64,000 nucleotides of DNA from the NCBI GenBank assembly GCA_963734495.1, contig CAVTHK010000001.1, positions 544,001 to 608,000 on the forward strand, written 5' to 3'. A program made the translations under genes and the position numbers. The notes under the pieces were generated by a model. It searched no databases. It was given only the letters and a program-made list of their open reading frames with translations, and had not been told where the DNA came from. Below, piece by piece: positions 32,083 through 41,450 of the stretch (the stretch's first letter is position 1; each line of letters opens with the position of its first letter). The stretch is from an uncultured Spirochaetota bacterium (GTDB taxonomy: Bacteria; Spirochaetota; Spirochaetia; SZUA-6; CAVTHK01).

Positions 32083-32853
32083 GTGAGCAGCGACATAACG
32101 CGCATCCTCAAGGACTGGGACTACGAGTCGGGCAACCTGATCCGAATCATCAAGGCCGACGACGGCCGTGATGTCCTGCAGGTCCGCCAGCCGCTCGGCA
32201 TCGAACAGTACGAGCTGCAGGGGCGGCCCGACGGCCTGGCGCCCGAAGGCAAGGAGTGCTACGTCGAGCTGTACTCCGAGAGGCTGCGCGAGCACGTCGC
32301 GGCGCACGGCTCCGAAGAGGGGTTCACGCTCTCGCACGACGACCTCGCGCGGCTGCAGAACGAAGGCGTTCTCTACTACTACCGCTACCTCGTGCTGTTC
32401 CAGATCGGCGACTTCGAGAGGACGGCCTCGGACACCGACCACAACCTCGCGCTGTGCGACCTCGTGGAAAAGTTCGCCGACAAGGAGTCCGACAAGAAGG
32501 AAGTCCTCCAGTACCGGCCCTACATCCTGCGGATCAACGCGATCTCCAAGGCGATGATCTCGCTCAACCACCAGCTCAAGGCCGCGGCCATGGAGATCAT
32601 CGAGAGCGCCATCGACGTCATCAAGAAGATGCCGAACATAGACACGCCGGCCTTCCAGTTCGAGAAGATCCGCTCGATCAACAGCCTGAGGGCCACGCTC
32701 AAGCAGATCCAGGAGCAGAAAGTATCGCCCCTCGACAAGCTCAAGGCGGATCTCGACCGCGCGGTCGAGGAAGAGGACTACGAGACCGCCGCGCAGATCC
32801 GCGACCGGATCAGAGAGCTGGAGGGCCCGGGTGAACAGCAGGACGACGCCTGA
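32083..32853 (+). CDS. Conserved protein with a C-terminal UvrB/UvrC motif
   Basis: GRPDG, YYYRY, DTDHNL; C-terminal LDRAVEEEDYETAAQIRDRI. Confidence 0.8.
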   Translation: MSSDITRILKDWDYESGNLIRIIKADDGRDVLQVRQPLGIEQYELQGRPDGLAPEGKECYVELYSERLREHVAAHGSEEGFTLSHDDLARLQNEGVLYYYRYLVLFQIGDFERTASDTDHNLALCDLVEKFADKESDKKEVLQYRPYILRINAISKAMISLNHQLKAAAMEIIESAIDVIKKMPNIDTPAFQFEKIRSINSLRATLKQIQEQKVSPLDKLKADLDRAVEEEDYETAAQIRDRIRELEGPGEQQDDA

Positions 32854-33067
32854 CCGAGGCTGTCGCGTCTGTCGCCAGCCCTCGCATGAGCGCGCTTCGA
32901 GCGGCCTTGCCGCTCTCGACAGCCGGGGATAGACCGGCCGCGGTCTGCCGCGGCCAGACAACCGGCAGGGGCGTGGGTGACGGCCTGCCGGAAGCCCGAC
33001 AGGCTCCTGGGCGGCGCGGATTGCGCGGCGCTCCCCGCAGTCGAGGGGGTCCCGCGAGGTGGTGTCC

Positions 33068-34351
33068 ATGACGGCAGGTCCCTGGCAGCCACTGATCCTG
33101 CTCGTCGTCGAGGCAGCCGGCATCGCGGCGCTCCTGCTGGCGCTCTTCAGCCTCCGCTCGGAGCTCGGGCTCGTTCCGCTCAGCGTCACCATCGGCGTTC
33201 TGCAGCTCTTTCAGAACCTGCTCGCCGCCACCGTCTACATCCGCATCGCCCCGGGGGTCCTCGTCGGGCCGGGGTCCGTCATCGTCTTCACGGCCAACCT
33301 ATCGACCATCCTGCTCGTCTATATCCGCGAGGACGCCCTGGAGGCGCGCAAGCTCGCGTACGGAATCATCGGCGCCAACGTGCTCGCCGGCCTCCTGATG
33401 TATCTCACCGGTGTCAGCCTCGACCACCCGTGGGTGGTGAACCTCGCGGGCGTCCCTGCGGCGCTGTTCAGGCAGAACCTGCGCGTGTCGATCGCGAGCA
33501 CCGTGGCGCTGGCCGTGGACGTGATCGCCGTCATCCTGCTCTACGAGGCGGTCAGCCGCCGCGTCCGCCACAGCTTCTTCGCCCGCATCTGGATCACCAT
33601 GACGGCGATCCTCGCGGGCGACACTGTCCTGTTCAACACCCTGGCTTTCCTGGGGGAGCCAACCTACGGCGCTCTGCTGCTGTGGAACCTGGTCGGCAAG
33701 TCGATCTGCGCTCTGTTCTTCTCCACGGTGCTGCGCGTGTACCTGCACTACACGGGCCGGGGCGAATTCCACGGCCCGCGCGGCGCCGTACGCGACATCT
33801 TCCACCTCCTGACCTTCAGGCAGAAGTACGAAGCCGTGACGGAGCTCGTCTACAGGGACGCGCTCACGGGGGTCTACAGCCGCAGATTCTTCGACGAGAT
33901 CCTGCCGAGGGAGCTCAGCCTGGCGCGGCGGTCCGAGCGGCCGCTCGCGCTCATCATGATCGACCTCGACCGCTTCAAAAGCGTCAACGACACCCACGGC
34001 CACCAGACGGGGGATGCGGCGCTGCGGGCTTTGACGCAGTTCGTGGTGCGCGGCGTCCGGTCCACGGACATCGTCTGCCGTTTCGGCGGCGAGGAGTTCG
34101 TCGTCGTGCTCAGCGACACGACCGCTGCCGGCGCGGTGGCGCTCGCGGAGAAGCTCTCGGCCCAGCTCAAGGAGGCCCAGATCCGCGGCGGCGAGGAGTG
34201 GGCGCTGCCGGTGCGGTTCACGATTACGGCCGGAGTCGCCGGCTTCCCCGACGACGGCGTCGACGCGGACGCCCTGATCCGCGCGGCCGACACGCGCCTC
34301 TACACGGGCAAGGACGAAGGCCGCGACCGGGTCGTCGGCCCCCCGGACTGA
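33068..34351 (+). CDS. Membrane diguanylate cyclase with a Vut_1/YhhQ-like N-terminal domain
   Basis: About 7 TM segments; DALTG, DLDRFKSVNDTHGHQTGD, I-site RSTD, RFGGEEF. Confidence 0.85.
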   Translation: MTAGPWQPLILLVVEAAGIAALLLALFSLRSELGLVPLSVTIGVLQLFQNLLAATVYIRIAPGVLVGPGSVIVFTANLSTILLVYIREDALEARKLAYGIIGANVLAGLLMYLTGVSLDHPWVVNLAGVPAALFRQNLRVSIASTVALAVDVIAVILLYEAVSRRVRHSFFARIWITMTAILAGDTVLFNTLAFLGEPTYGALLLWNLVGKSICALFFSTVLRVYLHYTGRGEFHGPRGAVRDIFHLLTFRQKYEAVTELVYRDALTGVYSRRFFDEILPRELSLARRSERPLALIMIDLDRFKSVNDTHGHQTGDAALRALTQFVVRGVRSTDIVCRFGGEEFVVVLSDTTAAGAVALAEKLSAQLKEAQIRGGEEWALPVRFTITAGVAGFPDDGVDADALIRAADTRLYTGKDEGRDRVVGPPD

Positions 34352-34422
34352 AAGCCCGCACTCCGCCTGTCCGCGTGCTCGCGAGATTGTCAGCTCGTGG
34401 TCCCCGGTGTATCCTGAACGGC

Positions 34423-34875
34423 ATGAGGAAGCTGCTGCTGGCCCTGGTGTGCCTCGCGCTCGCCGCCTGCGCAACCTTATCGCCGCGGCGCGCCGAGCGC
34501 GCAGCCGGCGAGATCGTCGGCCTCGTGAACTCGGGCCGGGCGGCCGAGCTCGCGCGGATGAGCCGCGCGCCGTTCCTGCTGGACGGCGAGCTGCTGCTGC
34601 TGGCGAGCGACGTGGCCGCCTTCTGGGACGGGGTCTCGAAGGCGGGGCTCAGAATCGACCCGGCGGCCGCGGTCAAGGCCGTGCCCGTCGACGCGCAGAC
34701 CTACGCCCGCTTCGCGTCGACGATGGAGGTCAAGACCTTCTTCGAGAGCTATGTTTCGAAGAAGGGCTCCCTCGTGGTGCTCGAGGCCGGACGCGCGCGC
34801 ATCCTGCTGCTGCTCGAGCGCGGCAAAGGGGGCCGGACGTTGATCGTGGGATTCAAGGGGCCCGACGCGATATGA
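34423..34875 (+). CDS. Hypothetical lipoprotein
   Basis: MRKLLLALVCLALAAC lipobox; promoter TTGTCA-17-TATCCT immediately upstream. Confidence 0.7.
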   Translation: MRKLLLALVCLALAACATLSPRRAERAAGEIVGLVNSGRAAELARMSRAPFLLDGELLLLASDVAAFWDGVSKAGLRIDPAAAVKAVPVDAQTYARFASTMEVKTFFESYVSKKGSLVVLEAGRARILLLLERGKGGRTLIVGFKGPDAI

Positions 34876-35893
34876 AAACGAAGCTCATTCTCGCCGCGGC
34901 GGCGCTCCTCGCCGCCGCCGCTCAAGGGGCGCTCGCCCTCGACAAGCACGAGGTCGTGTTCACCGAGGGCGCGCCGATCCTGCGCGACAACGGCGTCGAG
35001 CAGGAGATCGTGGTCGGCGACACGGTCCAGCCGGGGCAGACGATCGTGACCGGCGCCGGTGACCGCGTCGATCTCGAGTCGGGCAGCTACCGGGTGAGGA
35101 TCGCCGAGAGCTCGGTCTTCACGCTCCTGGAGACCGACGAACAGGGCGCGAGCCAGCCGGTGCTCAAGGCGGCCCTCGGCAGGCTGAGCTTCGTGCGGCA
35201 GAAGCTCGGCGGCTCGGAGCCGCGCCTGGCCGGAAGCGCCGCCATCTGCGGCGTGCGCGGCACGGACGTGACGCTGGTCTCGGGCGCGGACGGCACGACG
35301 CTCATCGTCGTGGACGAAGGGGCGGTCGACGTGTCCGCGGCGGGGGCAACCGTGCAGCTCGCCAAGGGCGAGGCGGTCGAGGTGCCCACCGGTGCCGCGC
35401 CCGGCCAGAAGTACCAGGCTCTGAGCCGCGAGATCGACTTCAGCAAGTGGAACGGCGACCGGCTCGCCGCGATGCTCAAAGACCCGGTGACGGCAGCCGC
35501 GAGGGTCGAGAAGCAGCTCGACTCCTACATCGAGCAGATGAAGATCCTCAGGCCGCTGTACGACCAGCGGTACGCGGAGCTGCAGGCGCGAGGGCCCGGG
35601 AGGCGGACATCAGGAACGACGGATCAGCAGGCAGCGACGGACTTCCACGACAAGTCGGTGGTTGCCGGCGCAGCGTCGAGGCACACACGGTCTTCGTGAA
35701 CCTCCGCTTCTACGCCCTGTCCGCGCTTTCACTGCGGAGGTTCGTCGAAGGCAGGCTCTACGCCTTCACCAAGGCGCAGTACATCGCCACTCCCGCGAGC
35801 GCCGCGTACCAGGAGTTCCTCAAGGAGCACGCGAGGCTGCTCTCGAAGTTCGAGACCGCGGTCGTGCCCGAGCTCGTCGCCGCGGACATATGA
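34872..35893 (+). CDS. Secreted FecR-domain protein with helical C-terminus (frameshifted near 35590-35690)
   Basis: Signal peptide, IVTGAGDRV, ICGVRGTD, VDEGAVDV; C-terminus continues in ORF 35447-35893 (NLRFYALSALSLRRF). Confidence 0.7.
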
Positions 35894-35906
35894 GAAGGAG
35901 GCAATC

Positions 35907-36305
35907 ATGATCGCGCGTCTGACGCGGATAGCTTTGCTCGCGACGGCGGTCGTCTGCTCTGACGCTGGGCGGGATGCGCCGTGGACAAGACGTCGATCGA
36001 GGACCGGATCTCGGATGTTCATCGACGGATGTCAACGCCGGCAACTACGGCAGCCTCTACAAGCACCTGCACACGGATTGCGCCGAGCGGAACGCGGCCA
36101 AAGTCGGCGAGCTTTCTGGACCTCCACCGTCTGGATCCTCCCATACCCGCCGTTCAGCCTGTCCGGCATGTCGTACGGCACGACCTCTACGGGCAACCTG
36201 GTCTCTGCGACGTCTGGTAGCGGCAGTGCGATCACTTTCGTCATGAAGGAAGAGGATACCGGACGACTGGTTCATTCTGAGCATCTCGGTGCCGGCGTAG
36301 GGTGA
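35907..36305 (+). CDS. Small hypothetical (lipo)protein, reading frame disrupted by several indels
   Basis: Strong SD (AAGGAGG) and signal-like start; protein-like segments switch between frames. Confidence 0.4.
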   Translation: MIARLTRIALLATAVVCSDAGRDAPWTRRRSRTGSRMFIDGCQRRQLRQPLQAPAHGLRRAERGQSRRAFWTSTVWILPYPPFSLSGMSYGTTSTGNLVSATSGSGSAITFVMKEEDTGRLVHSEHLGAGVG

Positions 36306-36327
36306 ACTGACGGCTGCAAGCGCGGAC

Positions 36328-36645
36328 TCAGGCGCGCAGCTTCGCGAGGCGCGCCATCAGCCTCGGCGGTCGCGCCCCGGGGGCGTGCTTCTGCCTGCTG
36401 AACCGCTCGAGGATGCGGATCTCGTCGCCCCTGCGGCCGAGCTTGCGGTACGCGACCGCGAGCTGCCAGTAGTACCACGGCGCGACGCCCTCGCCTGAGG
36501 CCCTCGCGTCCGCCTCCGTGGCTGCGACCAGCCGCAACAGCAGCGCGATCGCCTGGTTTTCCCTGTGCAGGCGACGCAGGCCCTTCACCCGGTCGACGTA
36601 CTCCGAGAAGTGCCTGCCCTGGACGCAGCCCGGCTGCTCCGCCAT
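36328..36645 (-). CDS. Small hypothetical helical (TPR-like) protein
   Basis: VAPWYYWQLAVAYRKLG...EIRILERF; GAGG-like SD upstream. Confidence 0.6.
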   Translation of the reverse strand: MAEQPGCVQGRHFSEYVDRVKGLRRLHRENQAIALLLRLVAATEADARASGEGVAPWYYWQLAVAYRKLGRRGDEIRILERFSRQKHAPGARPPRLMARLAKLRA

Positions 36646-36730
36646 CGCCTCGCCTGCTCCCGCGCAATAGTCTACGCGAGCCCCGCCGGCCGTTCCAGCC
36701 GGCGCGCGGGCGCGGCGGCCTGGTGAGGGG

Positions 36731-37471
36731 CTACGACACGGCCAGGTCCACTCCTATCTGCAGGAGTCCCAGCCTTGCCGCCAGCCCGACGGACGCGATG
36801 TTGTCCCAGGAGGTGCTGTAGAGCGGGTTCATGGCCTGCTGACGCACGAGGGCGGCCCAGGCAGCCACGACCTCGGCTCCGTACCCGCGGCGGCGCAGGC
36901 GCGGAAGCGTCTCCACTCCGGCCTCCACATCGTGAGAGGATCGGCGAACGACCTGGCAGACCGAGACGGCGCGGCCGCCTTCGAGCCTGGCCACGCACGG
37001 CTGAACCAGGTCGAGCCGCTCGACGAGGTCGTCGAACCCATCGCGCAGAACGTGGGCTTTGCCGCGGTCCACGACCGTGACGCGCGGCGCGGCGGGCAAC
37101 TCCGTGGGAAACCTGTAGACGGGGCCGTGATGGACGATCTGCGTCTGCGAGGACGACGCCCCCAGCGCATCGCACAGGATGGCGCCCAGCTGCGCCTCCG
37201 CCCCGAACGGGAGGCTGCCCAGGGCGGCGCTCACGCGGCGTGCGGCCTCGTCCGAAACGTCATGGCGGACGGCGAACACCAGGACCCCCTGCCCGTGGCA
37301 GAGGTACGCCCGAGGGGCGGGACGCGTCGCGCCCCAGGGCTCGTTGATGGAAAGCAGCCGGCCCGCGCGATCACAGACGTACAGGAGCCGCGGGCGTCGC
37401 CGGATCACGTCGGCGTCGTCGAAGCTCGCGGCGGCATCCCTGGTTCCCACAGCTGCTCCGCGACCTCGCAC
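36731..37471 (-). CDS. GNAT family N-acetyltransferase
   Basis: EAGVETLPRLRRRGYG (AcCoA loop), YSTSWDNIASVGLAARLG; start uncertain. Confidence 0.8.
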   Translation of the reverse strand: MRGRGAAVGTRDAAASFDDADVIRRRPRLLYVCDRAGRLLSINEPWGATRPAPRAYLCHGQGVLVFAVRHDVSDEAARRVSAALGSLPFGAEAQLGAILCDALGASSSQTQIVHHGPVYRFPTELPAAPRVTVVDRGKAHVLRDGFDDLVERLDLVQPCVARLEGGRAVSVCQVVRRSSHDVEAGVETLPRLRRRGYGAEVVAAWAALVRQQAMNPLYSTSWDNIASVGLAARLGLLQIGVDLAVS

Positions 37472-37543
37472 TTCAGTCTATTCCAGGATCGCCGGATAGC
37501 GCGAGCCGGTGCGAGCCGGGCGGCGCCCGGCTGAGCCCGGCAC

Positions 37544-38455
37544 TCAGCCGTTCGCTCTGTGATCGGCGAGGACCTGGTCGATCGTGCGGCGAGAGATGCC
37601 GGCAAGCGTCGGGTTGGTGCTCTTGTAGTACGGGAGCGCGATCAACCCGGTGGACAACGCCCAGCCGCTGCCCCGCGCCCAGCTCGCGTCATCGGCGGCG
37701 AGCGACGCGCGGAACACGACCCTGGTTTCGGCGGAGAGTAAGTTCCAGGCCACCATCAGGTCGCACGCGGGGTCGCCCACGCCCAGGCAGCCGAAGTCGA
37801 TGACGGCGCTGAGCCGACCCTGCTGCTCCAGAAGGTTCCCCGGCCTCAGGTCGCCGTGGATCCAAACCGGCGGGCCGCTCCACTCCGGGGCCCCGAGGGC
37901 CGCTTCCCACGCCCGCGCCGCGGCTTCCGTGTCGAGCGTGCCGCGCAGAGCCGCAAGCGCGGCGCGGACGCGCTCGTCCCGCGTCGCGAGCGGGACGCCG
38001 CGGCCCGAGTTGTGCTCGCCGGGCGCAGGCCCGCCGGAGGCGTCGACACGTCGCAGGGCGGCCACGAACCGGGCGAGCTGCCGCGCAGCCTCGCCCGGAT
38101 CAGCGAGACCTTCGAGGGTCGCCTCCTCGCCGTCGAGCCACCGGTAGATGGACCAGCGCCACGGGTAGCTCTCCGCGGGCTCGCCCATGGCGAGCGGGAC
38201 GGGGATGGCCAGCGGCAGGTGGGGGGCGAGCTTCGGAAGCCACTCCTGCTCCTTGTCCACCTGCCCGACCGCCCAATGGATGCGGGGCATCCGCACGACC
38301 ATGTCCTCGCCGAGCCGATAGAGCGCGTTGTCCGTCCCGGCGGTGGCAACCGCCTCGATGCGGAGGCCGGCCCACCGCGGAAACTGAGCGGCAAGCAGCC
38401 TTCGCACGAGGGATGCGTCGGTGTCCACCTCGTCGGCGTGCATTCTGCGGGTCAT
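37544..38455 (-). CDS. Aminoglycoside phosphotransferase (APH/ChoK) family protein
   Basis: GTDNALYRLG, KEQEWLP, WIHGDLRPGN, IDFG...GDPACDL. Confidence 0.9.
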   Translation of the reverse strand: MTRRMHADEVDTDASLVRRLLAAQFPRWAGLRIEAVATAGTDNALYRLGEDMVVRMPRIHWAVGQVDKEQEWLPKLAPHLPLAIPVPLAMGEPAESYPWRWSIYRWLDGEEATLEGLADPGEAARQLARFVAALRRVDASGGPAPGEHNSGRGVPLATRDERVRAALAALRGTLDTEAAARAWEAALGAPEWSGPPVWIHGDLRPGNLLEQQGRLSAVIDFGCLGVGDPACDLMVAWNLLSAETRVVFRASLAADDASWARGSGWALSTGLIALPYYKSTNPTLAGISRRTIDQVLADHRANG

Positions 38456-38468
38456 GAGCGCCTCGCGC

Positions 38469-39528
38469 CTACGGCGCGGCCGCCCGCAGGAGGCGGGTCA
38501 CTTGGGCAGCGGAGGCCTCGAGCGGGATCACCCGCGAGCAGCGCCTGCCGCGCGCGAGCTCGGCCGGCGGCAGCGAGGCCTCGAGCGCGTCGACGGGCAG
38601 CAGGTGCGGGTGAGCCGCCACCCACGCCTCCGCCCGCTGCAGGTCGGCGGCGGCGACCGCCAGGTGCACCATCGTGACCGCGGGCTCGGCCTCGAGCCGG
38701 TCGAGCATCCGCGCGAGCGCGTCCTCGTCGAGCTCGCGGCCGTCGAGGAGGACCTCGATGGCGGCGGACTTCTTCAACTTACCTCTCTTCCTGGCGATGC
38801 GGTCAGCCTCGCGGTAGGAGGCCGGGTCGCCCACGTCCAGGCAGTCGCCGTCGATCAGCCACCCGTAGAACGGCGCGCGCGGGACCAGCCACTCCATCAT
38901 GGTACCGGGCGCGTCGGGGCGGCCGGTCGACGCGGGCGTACTCGCGGATGAGCGGCAACGCGTCGCGCGGGAACGTGTAGAACGCGATGCTCTCGATCGA
39001 GGTCGGGGGCCGCGCGGGCTTTTCCAGGAACTCCGTGATGCGGCCGTCGGGGGCGAGCACGGCGCAGCCGCGGCGGCCAGCGAGCTTCGCGGGGTCGCCC
39101 ACGTCCTCGCAGGTGTTGGCGCCGCCCCCCTTTTCGCGGGCGAAGGCGAGGAAAGCGGGGATGGAGAAGCTGAAGAGCTTGTCGGAGCACACCACGAGGA
39201 GGTCCTCGTCGAGGCCGAGGCGGTCCATGGCGAAGAGGAGGTCGCCGACGCTGCCGCGCCGCGTTTCGTTCGTCGTCGTCCCGTCGTCGAGCACCGTGAC
39301 CGGGCGCAGGCCCGCAGCCTTTGAGCGCCGCTGCCACAGGTCGAAGAAGGCGGCGTAGCGGCTGTTCGTGACCAGGGTCAGGTCTTCGATGCCGGGGGCC
39401 GCTGCCAGCGCCTCGACGGTCCCGTCGAGGAGGGGGCGGCCGCCAACGCGCAGGAGCGTCTTGGGGTAGAGGCGCGTGTAGGGGTGCAGACGCGTGGCGT
39501 AGCCCGCGGCCAGGATGACGGCCCTCAC
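38469..39528 (-). CDS. Sugar-1-phosphate nucleotidyltransferase with C-terminal extension (frameshift near 38916-38925)
   Basis: ILAAGYATRL, PKTLL, DDGTTTNETRRGSVGD, FLEKP; a one-base correction gives DAPGTMMEWL...LDVG. Confidence 0.85.
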
Positions 39529-39564
39529 GCGAGCCCCTGCATGGGTCGGCGCTTCACGCCGCGC

Positions 39565-40599
39565 TCACGACCGGCCCGCCGGGTCCGCGGCGATACGGAT
39601 CCTGAGGGTCCGGTAACCTTCGCGCGCGTACGCCTCGTCCAGCTCGGCGTAGTGCTTGTCGCCGCTGCAGACGCCCACCGCCGCGCCGCCCGATCCCGAG
39701 AAGTTGGCGTGCGACCCGTGCTCGCGCGCGATCTCGATCATGCGCACGTTCTGCGGCGCCAGCGAGTAGACGCTGCGCCGCAGGTCGAAGTCGCGGCTCA
39801 TGAGGGCCCCGATGTCGCCCCCGCGGCCCGCCTCGAGGCAGGCGACCGCCTCGTCGGCGAGCGCCGCCTTGGCGGCCATCGCCTCGAGGACCCGGGCGTC
39901 GTGCTCCACCGAGACGCGGTAGCGCATGATGTTGTGGACCTCGCCCGAGGATTTCGACAGCTCGTCCTTGTAGGCGATGTAGAGCGGCGGCAGCAGGCGG
40001 GGATCGAGGTTGCGGTAGCCGCCGTGCCTGCCTTCGTTGGCAGCCCACGCCTCGCGGGTGAAGTCCATGTACACGAGGCCCCCGTAGACCGCGACCACGC
40101 GGTCCTGCGGCCCGGCGCTGATGCCGAGCTCCGCGGTCTCCGCCTCGAGGATGATGTTGGGCTGCACGGCCTTGGGGATGTCGCGAACGCTGAGCTCGTA
40201 GAAGCGCATGAGCGCCGCGAACACGGCCTTGATGATCGTGCTCGAGCCGCCGAGCCCGAGGCCGAAGGGCACGTCCGAGTCGTACTCTATGGTGAAGTTC
40301 CGCCGCGGAAGCTCGATCCCGTGCAGGTCGCAGTACTGCTTGAAGCGGACGAGGATCGCCTCGATGATCCGGATCCCGCCGTAGTAGCCGTAGGTTCTGC
40401 GGTAGCGCACGAGGTCGTCGAGGCTCTCGAAGCGCGTGAGGTCGCGGGCCGTCGGCACGATGTGCAGCTCGGGCGTCTCGTAGAGGACGACCTGCGCCTT
40501 GAAGGCATCGAACAGGAAGGAGATCACCTTCCCGTTGAAGATGTCCGAAGGGTTCCCGATGAGGCCCGAGCGGGCGTAACAGCTTTCTCTGATGATCAC
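39565..40599 (-). CDS. GHMP kinase of the glucuronokinase type
   Basis: YARSGLIGNPSD, GYYGGIR, PFGLGLGGSS, ELGISAGPQDRV..VYGGLVYMDF, SGEVH, FDLRR, FSGSGGA. Confidence 0.85.
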   Translation of the reverse strand: MIIRESCYARSGLIGNPSDIFNGKVISFLFDAFKAQVVLYETPELHIVPTARDLTRFESLDDLVRYRRTYGYYGGIRIIEAILVRFKQYCDLHGIELPRRNFTIEYDSDVPFGLGLGGSSTIIKAVFAALMRFYELSVRDIPKAVQPNIILEAETAELGISAGPQDRVVAVYGGLVYMDFTREAWAANEGRHGGYRNLDPRLLPPLYIAYKDELSKSSGEVHNIMRYRVSVEHDARVLEAMAAKAALADEAVACLEAGRGGDIGALMSRDFDLRRSVYSLAPQNVRMIEIAREHGSHANFSGSGGAAVGVCSGDKHYAELDEAYAREGYRTLRIRIAADPAGRS

Positions 40600-40704
40600 T
40601 TGAAATGCGCTCCTGGGGTCCGGTCTTGCCGCTGCGCGACCGTGGACGCGGAAGCCGCCCGGTCGCGCAAGGGAGGCCGCCCGGCAGCGCGGCCGCGCCG
40701 GGCC

Positions 40705-41439
40705 TCAGAACCAGAGCTTATCACCGTTGGCACGGAGCCACCTCGAGCGGGCGCGCCAGTCCGGCAGCACGCGCTCCACGTCGCGCCAGAACGCCGGCGT
40801 GTGCCCTCGCTCGCGGAGGTGGGCCAGCTCGTGCACGCACACGTACTCGCGCACCGCGGCCGGCGCGAGCAGCAGGCGCGTGGACAGGTTGATGGCCCCG
40901 CGGCGCGAGCAGCTGCCCCAGCTCGCCCGCAGGTACTTGAGGCGAACGAGCGGCGCGCGGCCGCCGAAGGCGCGCGACGCGACACGTTCGACCGTGTCGC
41001 GCATCCGCGGCAGCCACGCGCGCGCCAGGCAGCGGCTGGCGAGCAGCGTCACCTGCCTGCCCTTCTCCAGCGGGTCGAGGCCCAGCGGGACGACGACGCG
41101 GAGCTCGCCGCCCTCGAGGCGCGCCGTCCCCGTGCGCCGTTCGCGCTCCTCCAGCCGGAGCGTGTACTCCGCTCCATCCACGGAAAAACGCTCGCCGTCG
41201 GCAAAGGCGCGCCACGCGGGTCTCGGCGCGAGGCGTCGCTTGTCCACCGTGCGCCGGGCCCACGCGAGCATCCGGGCAACGGCGTCGTCGCGCTCGGCAG
41301 GGCTGAAGCTCCAGGGCACGCGGATGTGGACCGCGCGCTTGCCGATCGACGCCCTCACGTTGGCCCGGACCTCGAAGGTGATGCGCACCGGGTAGCCCGC
41401 GCCGCCCGCGCGGCCGGCGGGAACAAGTCGCTGGTTCAT
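40705..41439 (-). CDS. YgjP/DUF45 (M48/SprT-like) zinc metalloprotein
   Basis: SWGSCS, YVCVHELAHL...HTPAFW. Confidence 0.85.
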   Translation of the reverse strand: MNQRLVPAGRAGGAGYPVRITFEVRANVRASIGKRAVHIRVPWSFSPAERDDAVARMLAWARRTVDKRRLAPRPAWRAFADGERFSVDGAEYTLRLEERERRTGTARLEGGELRVVVPLGLDPLEKGRQVTLLASRCLARAWLPRMRDTVERVASRAFGGRAPLVRLKYLRASWGSCSRRGAINLSTRLLLAPAAVREYVCVHELAHLRERGHTPAFWRDVERVLPDWRARSRWLRANGDKLWF

Positions 41440-41450
41440 GCGCTCGGCGC

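Noticed and set aside
35907-36310. Lower-GC patch as a horizontally acquired element
   Set aside because: Too short, no mobility genes or terminal repeats, and it coincides with an indel-rich stretch
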